In this document: positions 1-12,100 of the stretch, one piece after another
How positions within the stretch are numbered: position 1 is the stretch's first letter
Layout of the letters: each line of letters starts with the position of its first letter
Assembly (NCBI RefSeq): GCF_032191835.1
Contig: NC_083237.1
Coordinates: 22,568,001-22,632,000 of the forward strand
Direction: 5' to 3'
From: Heteronotia binoei
Lineage: Eukaryota
DNA length: 64,000 nucleotides
The notes under the pieces: generated by a model
The model's database searches: none
The model's input: the letters and a program-made list of their open reading frames with translations, nothing else
Told to the model about the DNA's origin: nothing
Program-made: the position numbers and the translations under genes

Positions 1-117
1 GAAGCTGTCCTTAAGCTCCTCAAAGCTCCTGAGGACCTTCACAAAGTCACTGATGGGTTCAGAGGCAATCTTTGTGACCTTAGCTTGGCTCACATTCTTG
101 GGAAAGTAACTTCCAAC
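1..117 (-). CDS. ITGAL: ITGAL exon 9 (truncated by the window edge)
   Basis: [39 protein letters not shown] after a ctccccag acceptor. Confidence 0.88.
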
Positions 118-3100
118 CTGGGGAGGCAATGAAGGACCACGTGAGACAGAGGCAGATTTTGAGCAGTGGTAAGAGAAGGGAGATCCTGAGAGAGTGAGCT
201 GGGGAGCAAATCATGAGAGAGAGAGAGAGAGAGAGCACAACCCTTCTGTGATTTGCTCTCTAGTTCTATGAACTGAGAAAAATCTAGAGCAGGGGTGTCA
301 AACATGCGGCCCAGGAGCCGAATAAGGCCCCCAGAGGACTCATATTAGGCCCCCGAGCAACCGGCTGTCATCTGTTTCCTTCTGCCTCTCTCCTGCTTCC
401 CTCTGCATCACAGCTTGCTTTGCCAGGCTTGCTCAATTACACAGGAACTATAGAACAAAGCCTCTATTTTCTCTATTGGCTGAGGCTCCTCCCTTGGGTA
501 GGAATAGTGTGCTTTGCCAGGCTCTCTCAATTGCACAGCAGAGTTACTTAGCCAAGCCTCTCTTCCTTTTATTTGCTGAGGCTCCGCCCCCTCCTGGTCC
601 CCTGGGGAAGGAAGGAAAGAGCCAGAGCTTCCTTTGCCAAGTTCCCTGGATCGCACAGGAGAGATAAAAAAAAGCACTTTTAAGACCAACACATGCTAAT
701 GTTTTAATCATGCTTTATTTTAAGCTTTTAAAAAATCTTTTTGCTTATTTGTTTATATCTCTGCTACCTGGCATTACATTTTATGACACATGTGGCCTGG
801 CCCAACAAGGTCTCATTTATGTCAGATCCGGCCCTCATAACAAATGAGTTTGACACCCCTGATCTAGAGGTTGTACTACTAGTTCTAAGGACTAAAAAAA
901 AAAGGAAAGGAAAGGTCCCTGTGCAAGCACCAGTCGTTTCTGACTCTGGGGTGACGCTGCTTTCACAACGTTTTCACGGCAGACACTTTTACAGGGTGGT
1001 TTGCCATTGCCTTCCCCAGCCATCTACACTTTCCCCCCAGCAAGCTGGGTACTCATTCTATTATTTTTTAATTTTACATTATTTTGAATGCCTGGGTGGG
1101 GAGTCACTCTAGCCTCCACACATTCAGTTTAAAACATGGATCATAAGCATGCAAGGCTTTCTCTGGGTAACCAGGAACCCTGCAGGAGAAGAGCTCCTCA
1201 TTGCACAGGGAGATACTCATGATGGTGGCGAAGGTGGAAAATGGTGCCCAGCTGTAAGGTTTCCAAGGCAAGAGACGTTCAGAGGTGGTTTTGCCATTGC
1301 CTGCCTTTGCTTAACAACCCTGGACTTCCTTGGTGGTCTCCCATCCAAGTACTAAATCAGAGTCAACCATATTCAGCTTCTGAGATCTGATGAGATCCAT
1401 CTAGCCTGGACCATCCAGGTCAAGGTAAGGTCCTCATGCAAAACATTAATAAAAGGGCAGGCTTTAGGCAGCATTACTACATAAACATGTGAATTTGCGG
1501 AGTAGGGAAAGGGTGAGAAGGACACTCCCTGAACCCCTGCAACACACTCTCAAAAGTGATTTAGGTTTAGTTACCTTCAGATAAGAGACTACTGGAGATT
1601 TACTGTTCTGTTTCAGTTAGTTATTCCAGCAAAGCACAACCAACCTAAAGGGATGCCTAACAGCAGGCAGCACAATTGCTAGTCCTCCAACAGAAGAAGA
1701 TGATGATGATATTGGATTTATATCCTGCCCTCCACTCCGAAGAGTCTCACAATCTCCTTTACCTTCCTCCCCCACACCAGACACCCTGTGAGGTGGGTGG
1801 GGCTGAGAGGGCTCTCACAGCAGCTGCCCTTTCAAGGACAACCTTTGCCAGAGCTATGGCTGACCCAAGGCCATGCTACCAGATGCAAGTGGAGGAGTGG
1901 GGAATCAAACCCAGTTCTCCTAGATAAGAGTCCGCACACTTAACCACTACACCAAACTGGCTCTCCCAGATTTCCCAGTAAACAGATTCCTTGCAGGCTC
2001 CAGCCAACCTAAGCTCACAGTTCTCTGAACTACACAGTATGCAGAAGGCCCATGACTTATCTTCAAAGCATTTTAATTTTTAAGTAAAATCACATTTTTA
2101 ACAACTCACTTAGAGATGGAGAGAGGAGATCCAAGAAGCAAGTGTTTAACCCTTTCCCTATAAAGTTTAGAGCAGGGATGTCGAACTCATTTGTTATGAG
2201 GGCCGAATCTGACATAAATGAGACCTTGTTGGGCCGGACCAAGTCGTGTTGGGCCAGGCCATGTTGGGCTGGGCCATGTCAGCCTTGGCCATGTTGGGTC
2301 AGGCCATGTGTGTACCTTATTTGAGATTAGGTAGCAGAGATATAAACTTTATAAAGAACACAAACAGAATTAAATATTTGTTTAAAAAGAAACCTTAAAA
2401 CATGCTTAAAATGTTAGCACTTGTTGGTATTAAAGGTTCTTTCGTTGTATTTCTTCCTTGGTATTCAGGGAACTGGGCAAAAGAAACTGTGGCTTTTTCC
2501 TTCCTTCCCCAGGGAGAGAGGCTTGTCTCAGTTGCTCTGCTGTATGATTGAGAGAGCCTGGAAAAACAAACTCGGCCTTCCCCTCTTTCTCCCCAAGGGA
2601 GGAGCCTCAGCCAATGGAGAAAATAGAGGTTTTACTCTGAGGCTCCTGTGCAATTGAGCAAGCCTTGCAAAACAAGCTGTAATGCAGAGGAGGAAGCAAG
2701 AGATCAGAAGAAGGAAGCAAATGACAGTCAGTTGCTTGGGGGCCTAATAAGAACCCTCCAGGGGCTTGATTTGGTCCCTGGGCTGCATGTTTGACACCCC
2801 TGGTTTACACATTTGTATGAGAAACCTGATTCTGGAGTAAGCCATCCAGCTATTTATTTTTTTAGGATATTTCTATGCTGCTGCTTCAGAGTCCTGTTCT
2901 AGGTGGCCTACGATCAGTTAGAAAAGCAAAAGTTCATATAATATACAGGGTGGGATCCAGCCAACATTTTGTCTGGTGAAAAGGGGTGTGGGTCTTCACT
3001 TTGATGACACAACAAGTCTCTTCTGGAGATCATGAGCAAAAGCCATCTATGGGCAGGGACTGCAGTAAGGAGAGGAACTGGGCAAGAATGAAATCTAAAA

Positions 3101-6100
3101 ACTGCAGGATCCCCTTAAGTTGTTACACAGAATGCAGAGAACTAAGCAATGCCCATGTTTACAAAAGTACAAAGGACTCTTAGAATGTTTACCCCAATTA
3201 TGAAGCGCAAGATCTTCTTGTCCTTGGCAGCCTGTACGCTTCTTCCACCAGCGTCTGAGTCGGTGGCGTCTCCATCTGTGATGATGACCATTACTCGGTT
3301 TGCTCCTGGTCGGGTGCCACGTTCAGGAACAAAAACATTTTCCCTGTCATCGACAAATGAGGTATATAAATATACACCACCATCACCAGAATATAAATAA
3401 ATGCTTAATGCTATTCTGCTCACTGGCTCGTTCACACATGCATGTTATACCACTTGACTATACAACACTACGAAACAGCAGGACATTGTGTGGAAGTTCT
3501 CAAAAATGCAGGGGCTTGGTGTTCTCTGTGCCGGGGAAACTCCCAGCATAGAGGAAGTCTGAACTTCAATGCCAAGTGGGGATCTGAACTCCAATCCCCC
3601 ACAGTCCTAATCCAACATTTTAACCAGCGTACTATCGTGTTCCATTCTTGACAAATCTTGCTTCCTGTCACCCAGGGTCTGTTCTCAGCTTGTATGTAGA
3701 TAATGTCACAAGACCATCATCCCTAACTCCTGAAGCATCCCACAAGTTCCCAAGTAGTCTCATTCCTGACACCGTCTCCCCACTTTAATGACAAAAGTAC
3801 TCACGCCACGTATCTGATGGCCTTGAAAGTGTTTGTAGTACTTTTCTTGTGTTCCACACTAGCCAACAAATTTCGAGGATTGGGATTGTTGGTGTAATTA
3901 TTAAAATCAAACTCGATACTGATATCAAATGAAAACTGCACAGCAGCAAACTGGGGGGAGGGAGTTGGAAGGAAAACAGGAACATTGTTAGGCAACATTA
4001 TACAATGTCTCTTACTGTTCAGGTTCAGGGATAAAAGAGCTAACACTCAAAGGCCACAAAAAGGTGTGAACAGAAAGGCTACTTCCACCCTCGGTCTGGA
4101 ATTGTGTAAATGTGTCTCTACTGTGGAAGCAACCAGTGACCAAAGTCTTTGAAAGAACTGTTGAGTTTTTCGGAAGACTTAGCTGCCACGTACAGTTTTT
4201 ACAGAATCATACAGTATATTCCTGGCTGTATCAATTTCTGCTGCATAGTGTAACCATTTTTTTTCAAATGTTCTCATACACTAAAAATTCTTTGCATATA
4301 GGCAATGAACCAATCAGAAACTATACTCGTAGCCTTGCCTCCTGATTGGTATACAAGCTTTCTACAGGAAAGGGGGTGTTATTGTTCCAAAAAGGGAGAA
4401 ACCCTCCTCCCACACCTGCAGTCTGAAATGGTACAGCCCTACAAGATTTCTACTGTGCAGTTTTGCTGAGCAGGTGGATCTTTATGTGTTGCATTCACTG
4501 GCTGAGCTGGGACAAGCTGCCAGAATAACCCAGTACTTTCCTGGGGAGAAAAAGCTGTTTGCACACTCCAACTTTTTATTGTACATAGCCCGGAGAGTGA
4601 GAGATGTTGCAGCAGTTCTTTCCCTTGTACCTCCAAGACCAGCATATGCTCCTATCAGGAAAGAATTATGCACCTGGATTATATGGCAGCATTAATGACA
4701 TGCTCATCATGCACACTGCTAGAAAAAAACTGCCCCTCAGGGGAAAAAATCATGTGTGTGGATGTGGCCCCACTTTATTTGGTCTCTAAAAGCCTTGGGC
4801 ACATGACTAACCCTCAGCACATGACTAACCTACCCCACAGGGCTGTTGTGAGGATAAAATGGAGGAGAGGAGAACGATGTAAGCCCATTGGGAAGAAGGC
4901 TGGATGCAAATGAATGAATTAAATAAAGAAATGACTGGCATGTTGTACCCTGATGGTGCTGTTGTGTAATTTCTCCATCACATCAATCATGAACTCCTTG
5001 ATGTTGTTGAACTCCCCACTTTTCAAGCTTTCTGAGCCATCAAAGAGAAACACCAGGTCCACATCCCCTTTCAGGCACTCTGCAGGACACAAAGATGGGA
5101 CAGAGTTAGGATTGGCATGGAAGACAACTGTCTTATCTATTTAGCACCGTCCAGGATTGTGGAATGTTCCATGAAGCCAGAATATCACCATTTTAAAAAT
5201 CCATTATGGTGTCATTACCAAGCAATGGGATGAGGGCTGCTTGCCCTTCTCCCAGCCTGCAACAGTCAAGGTGCTGATAGAGTTGCCAGCCTCCAGGCGG
5301 GGCCTGGAGATCTCCTGCTTTTACAACTGATCTCCATCTGCAGAAAATGGCTGCTTTGAAGGGTGGACTCTATGGCATTGTACCATACTGAGGCCCCTCC
5401 CCTCCCTAAACCCCTCCCTCTCTCAGTTCAACCCCTGAAATCTCCAGCTATTTTCCAGCACAGACCTGGCAACCCTAGGGGTGCATGTAACAGCACCGCA
5501 AACCTTCCCCAGCTGTCCAGTTGCTATTAGTGTGGGGGCAGCTTCATAGGAAGAACTGGTCTGCTCACAGCTTAGCACATCCGTTTTTTGTTTTTAATAA
5601 TTGCTATCACTTTTAATTTATTTCAGTTTCCATTTTCCGACTTAGCTGCTCCAGAACAAAAAGCTGTTCAGTGAATTATCCACAGGTAAAAATGTTACCC
5701 AACAATGTTAAATGTTACAACAATTAATCACAAATTTAAAAGTTCATTTGCATTTGTAATTAGTGTAAGTATCAAACAGAAGTACATCTATTTCATAAGA
5801 GTTCCATACAGGGTTGCCAGCCTCTAGGTGGGCCCTGGATGTTTCCTGGAATTTCACTTGACCACAGAGATCAATTGGCCTGGAGAAAATAGCTGGTTTG
5901 GAGGGCAGACTCTATGGCATTATACCCTGCTGAGATCACTCAAGAGTCTCCAAAAGTACAGCAGTTTGGAACATTTTTGCTAAAGAAAAGCTTTTGTACC
6001 ACTCAAATTTCAGATGAATAAAATTAAAAGTTGTTTCTACATGGTATAAACATATTCTCTATAACTTTTTTAAATGAGGCAATACTGAGATTCAAGGAAG

Positions 6101-9100
6101 AGTACAAAGAGAAGAAGAGATTAGATTTATACCCTGCCCTTCACTTGGAGTGTCAGAGCAACTTACAACCTCCTTCCCTTCTTCTTCTCACAATGGACGC
6201 TCTGTGAGGTAGGTGGGGCTGAGAAAGCTCTGAGAGAATTGCTCTTGAGAGAACAGCTCAGAAAGAACTGTGGCTGACCCAAGGTCACTCAGTAGATGCA
6301 TGTGAAGAAGTGGGGAATTAAACCTGGTTCTCCTAGATAAGAGTCAGCACACTTTAACCACTTCACCAAACTGGCTCTCAAGAAAATAGCATAAATCAAT
6401 GCAATCAATCAAAGTAAGACATCTGATAAGCAAAGTAGCAATACAGAGATCTGGAAGTATTATTAGACACAATAAGTTAACAGTACCAAAATGTGGAACT
6501 ACACAGGTAGAAAACAATGTAGCAAGAGCGAGATAATAATAAACATGGCAAACAGATAATATATACTGTGCACAGTAATTCTTGGAGATCTCTAGGTTGG
6601 TAACCCTAGTGTACAGTTCCCTCCCCCCATCTGTGCATTCATTGTTTATAAAGATAACATGTGCAATCCTAGACCAGCTATTCTACTGGAACATGAGTGT
6701 TTAGAAACAAGATAAATTACCTAACAATTCATACCCAAAGATTTTTATTCAGTTCAGCTGGTTTCTGCAAGTTTCTTAGTACAAAGCTTTCCTAAAAAAG
6801 GAGCATTCATATCTGGAAATTCCTTATTTTAAGGGGAAAGGAAGTAAAGCCTAATTTCTGGAGAAGACTCATCCTAAAACACTGCCCCCCTCCTCAGCAA
6901 CATGGGGACCATAATAGTGACCTAAAAGTTCTTGTGAAGATTACTGAGATTATGTTTTTGAAGAGCTTTGCTCATTCTATGCAAAATGTGAGGAGAGTGG
7001 ACAGGGCTGGCCCTAAACTGTCTGGTGCCCTAGCCAAGTCTAATTTCTGGTTCTTTTCCCCCTGCACTGATGTCAGAATCACACAGGGGTGCCCAATTTG
7101 ACACCCCCAGAAGAATGGTGCTCTAGGCAATCACCTAGTTTGCCTAATAGCAGGGCAGGCCCTAAGAGTGGGGTAAACAGGTGGAGGGAAGTGTGCTGTT
7201 CTCCCCCTTCCCCTGCCAGCTCCTACTTTGCAGAGGATAAACCACAGAGTTCATAGCTTCCTCCCCGCTCCCCCACCCCGCCGGCCTTCTAGCTACACCC
7301 ATTTCCTGCCTCTCTTTCTTTGCTTGCGAATAGGTCTTTACTTATGAACTAACTGGGAGCATTTCTGGTTCTTCTTCGGTCTACTTTACACATGCAGCAA
7401 ACAGCATGGCAGATGGAGCTCTAAAGGTGTGCCATTTCAGATGGCATGATAGGAATGCCAGCCTCCAGGTGGGTAAAGGGAGAGAGGTCACTTGTAGGAT
7501 AAAGACAGCACAACTAAAGTTATAGTGACCAAATAACTAAGTGTATTGAAACAAAAATCATACAATATGTTCAACAGAAGACTAAACAGAATTAACAATT
7601 CCCCAAAGGTTTATTTAGTTATTTAGTCTTCTATTGAACATATTGTATGATTTTGTTTCAATACATTCTTTTTTATTTGGTCACTATAACTTTGGTTGTG
7701 CTGTCTTTAGCCTCCAGGTGGGACCTGGGGATCCACTCTTGCATTTGAGGGCTTTGGCAAAGTGGTAGTTCCCTGAGAAACTGCACATAAAATATTATGC
7801 TACTTATGAATTCCGACTTACAAAGTCTGCCTCGATATCTGTCCATTTGGAGGACAACTATCTGTCTGATACAAATAAATAACTATGCCACCCAAGTTTT
7901 ATCCTTGGGATTGGGGTGGTGGTGGTTCTAAAGGGTTAAACTTTGGGTGCCAAGAGATTAGAATAAAATTGCCTGAAAGTGATGGAACTTCTTCTCACTT
8001 TGGTATCCTGTAGTTATGTTCTTGGGTTCATGTAGTTTGGCATCAAACAGATAGCAGATCCCGCTCACAAAGAGATTTTTGTCACAGTGCTGGGCAACTC
8101 CTGGCCCACACGCCTGCAGGAGAAGAGATAACAAGTTAATAAATGTATTATATTTTAATAAGGGGAACAGGTAGTGGGGATGCTGAGAATTTCAAAAACT
8201 GGATTCCAGAGTGACAGTATTGAGCAGGGTAGCTGCTTTGCATAGATAGCAGGTCAACTGAAATGAGAGGCGGTGTGAGTGCGAAGTTCCACAGTGAGTT
8301 CTTTTTCCTTAGCTGGTGACGTCCTTCCACAAAGCTACCTCAGGTGGCTGTCCTGGCCATGACAGAGGTAAATTTGGGGCAGTATAACAGATTATTGCTT
8401 TTATTGATGGGAAATTCTCCTGCACAAGTCTAGTTGACATGAACTGGAGCTAAGAACTAGGACTGACAGTCCTGTGCAGACAAATGCTGGGAGATTTCTG
8501 GGGTGGTGTTTGGTAAGTTTCAGGGAATGTGAAGGCACATTCTGCATGATGCTCTAGGAATCCCCCAGTTTCTACGATAAAGACCACAGAGATGGGGAGA
8601 TTTTTAGTTTTCACCTAAGATATGACAGCACTTCCAGGTGGAGGTTTGGAGGATGTACTGTCACTTCCAAATGATACTCTAGGAGTCCTTATAATCTCTA
8701 TGGTATTTTTCTGAGATTTCAGAAATTCCTAGAGCATCACCATTGATGCTATTTCCCCTTGTAGTTTTTTTTTCTCCCACTCCTCAAATTGTCAAGAATG
8801 GGGGGTTTCCTGCTGTCAGTGTGCAAATGGCAAGCTTAGTAAGAACACTCCCTAGTGGCTTGTGCCCTGTATTCATTAACAGATGTGTGTGAGAGGAAGC
8901 TATTTTGATCTGCCACCTCAAGTCATGCCTATTAAAATTTGATACTGCTGTCAAGTGAAAACTGCACTGTCAGTTTAAAAGAGAAAATGGAAGCCGTGTT
9001 AAAGGCAGAGACTGTTGCCAGGTGTGCTGGAGATCAGCAGATCTATTGAACGATATGCCAGTCTACTTTGTCTGAAAGTTCCATTCAACTGAGACAAACC

Positions 9101-12100
9101 TACTGATTTTTGGAAGAGTTCAATGCCTTTTGCAACTGACAGGGTAGTCTGCTCAGCTCTCAGTGCCAGAATTACTTCCTACCATCTTGCTGCTGTCTGC
9201 AAAAAGCTAGGGGAGCTTTTTCACAGGGTTTCTTGGTAGTCAATCCAAGCCTGTGATTGGTCAGTCTTGCGAAGGATTTTGGACTCTCGCTGTTTGGCTC
9301 CACAGAAACAGCAGCTCTGTTTAAAGAAGATGTCATACAAACACAAAGTCACACAGGACAATCTTTTTGCAAGAGGGTACAGTGGTTGTTCTTTTTCCTT
9401 TGCTGCCTGATTCCTAGTCTGACTAGATCACCTCTGCTTTTCTCTTCCTTGCTGTGCTTTTCTCATGGAGGGTGGGAAGGAAAGTGATAAAAGTAGCACA
9501 CTGTAGCACACACACACCCCCTCTGTAAACTGCATAAATATAAGGAGGTGTGAGAAACAAGAACTATTTTCTGGGTTGTGGGGACTATTGCAAATGTGAC
9601 TGTGATGTGGCAGCTGGTTGAGCCGCTCCTGCTGACAAAGAACACGAGTGAAATAGCACATAAAATTACTGCTCAAATGATCATGCAACCAAACTCGTTA
9701 AATACAACTTCAGTAAGGACTTAACTACACATGCCATTTTTGGCAAGGTAGGCTGGGGATCCTGAGTCTCAACACACTTCCCCTGCAGTCACACAGCAGC
9801 TGCAGGGGGGGAGGGAGATTAATTTCTAAAAAATCCTTAGGAGTCCAGTTCTGCTTCAAACTCTACAGTGAGGGAAGGAGAAGCTCCTGCCTTCTACCCT
9901 ACCACATTTTCCCAAGTCAAAAAGGCCCCAGCAAGAAGTTTGGCTTAATTCTGGAGCTACAGGGACTTGGAATATTCCGCGTGAGGCTCCAAAGTTATAC
10001 AAATCATTAGTAGTGAAAAACTTTGCGCTGCCCCTTAGCCTCAGACTTCAGAGGAGAACTACAGCCAGCCAGAGAGATAGATAGATCAGTTACCAGAAGA
10101 GATATGGGCCTTGTGGAACCTCAACCAGTTCCGCCAGGCCTGCAATCATAGCACCAAATTAAATTGTGGTTTTAAATTGTTAGTTTAATTACTGTTTTTA
10201 ATGAAATTGCATATTTAATTAAGGAACATAACTGTTATGTAATTGGGGTATTTTATTATTGTACTATTGTAATGTTGTATTTTATGCTATGTAAGCCGCC
10301 CTGTGCCTGCTTCAGCAGGGAGGGAAGGATATAAATTAAAAATTATTATTATTATTCATTTCAACTGCTCTGCTACTATCCCTTTGCTATGTAGACTGCT
10401 ACTCTCTGGGAATCTTCCTTCCTGCCTGCCTTCACTTTCTCTGCCTTTTCTCCATCTTGCTATCATAACAGCGGGACACACTACCTGCTTACTTAGATCC
10501 AAATTCTATTTCCAGGGGTCATTTTGTAGAAAAAAAGGTGGTGGAGCTCATCCAGGGATTGTTATGCAGCTGCACCTACTATTCAATGGACAAGATGGGA
10601 AGGAGGAGGTGGAACTGTCAGAAAGCTTCAGGAGCTGTGCTCCTTTGAGCTCCCACTGAACCCGAGGCCTGCCTATTTCTACTCTATCCTGCCTGGAATA
10701 GAGTGCCTTATAACAAAGGACTCTTTACTTTGCTAAGATAGAAAGGCTCCATGGCAACTTTGTTTCTTCAACAGCACCCACACCAGGTAATTCCACTGTG
10801 CCATGCACCTTGAGCGCTCTGCAGCTTCTGTCGCAAATCACTTCACAGCTGGCGACACATCAGCTTTGGAAGACATCACCATGGAAAGGAAGGCAGGAGC
10901 CTCTCTTCCCTTCATGCCACAGTCCCAAGCAGAACTGAGCTCCTGTGGATTTTAAAATGCATTTGCCCACAGTTGCTGTGCAGCTTCAGGGAAAGCATGT
11001 TCAAAACAGGGTACTCTAACATAACATAAATAAAAAAGTAACATGCATTTTAGTCAAAAGTGGAGATTCTACAGTTCAGAAACAGGTTAAAAGCATGTTG
11101 AATTCCCAGTGGGAAAGGGCCCAATTATTGGGGGGGAGGAGCAATCCATGCAGAAGAAGATGAAGGAGGAAAAGGAGAAGGGGGAGAAGGAGGAGCAGGA
11201 GAAGGAGATTGAATTTATACCCCCTTCACTACCCGAAGGAGTCTCAGAGTGGCTTACAAATCTTTTTTCCTTCCCCTCCCCACAACAGATACCTTGTGAG
11301 GTAGGTGGGGCTGAGAGAGCGCTCAAAGAACTGCTCTTGAGAAAACAGCTGTGAGAGAACTTGTGGCTGACCCAAGGTCACTCCAGCAGATGTATGTAGA
11401 GAAGTGGGGAATCAAACCATTATACCAAACTGGCTCTCAGAGGCAAATGCTTTGCTTGCAACTACAAGCAGGCAGGCAGAGGGGCAAGGGGGAGACTTCG
11501 CCCTTCTCCCCTGTGATAGGCAGCTTGTTGGCTTTGCAGGTGGGAGAAACAGAGGCAGAGATTAAAGCTTCACAAATCAGACATGACTGATGTTGAAAGT
11601 GCCATGTATGAGGCCTGTCAGGAAAAAATGAGTTGGGAATCCTTATGTTCTTATGTAAAAATAAAGCATGTGTGTGTATCAATTTTAAAACAAAACTGGA
11701 ACATGTAGAAACAGGAAGCTATACCCTGCCCAGTACCATACTTGGAAGCTGAATCATTTTTGTCTCAGCCTAGTTCTGATACTGTAAATCAGCATGGAAT
11801 CTGAGCATGAACAGCTTCAGTTCTCCTTGCCCAGGAATACCACCTTTTCTAAAAATACATATATAGACCCCTTCTACCACTTGATAGTTCTGAGAAACTA
11901 TAAAAAAGTCACATACACCCCTCCAACTCACACCTCACTGGGCCCATTCTGCAAGTGAGAATGTGAGATGCATATAAAATAGGAACAGTTTCTCCCTGTC
12001 ATGATGAAGGAAAGACTTCTTGGGCAAGGAGTGCAACCCCTGAGAATTTCATCGCTAGCGGCAGGGAGAAAAGAACAACAACAGGCTGCCAGAAATAAGC

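Noticed and set aside
4439-4673. LSGLC and GGT..TAA peptide fragments resembling integrin or VWA motifs
   Set aside because: They fall in different frames, lack a consistent exon structure, and the true exon 5 is at 7999-8113.
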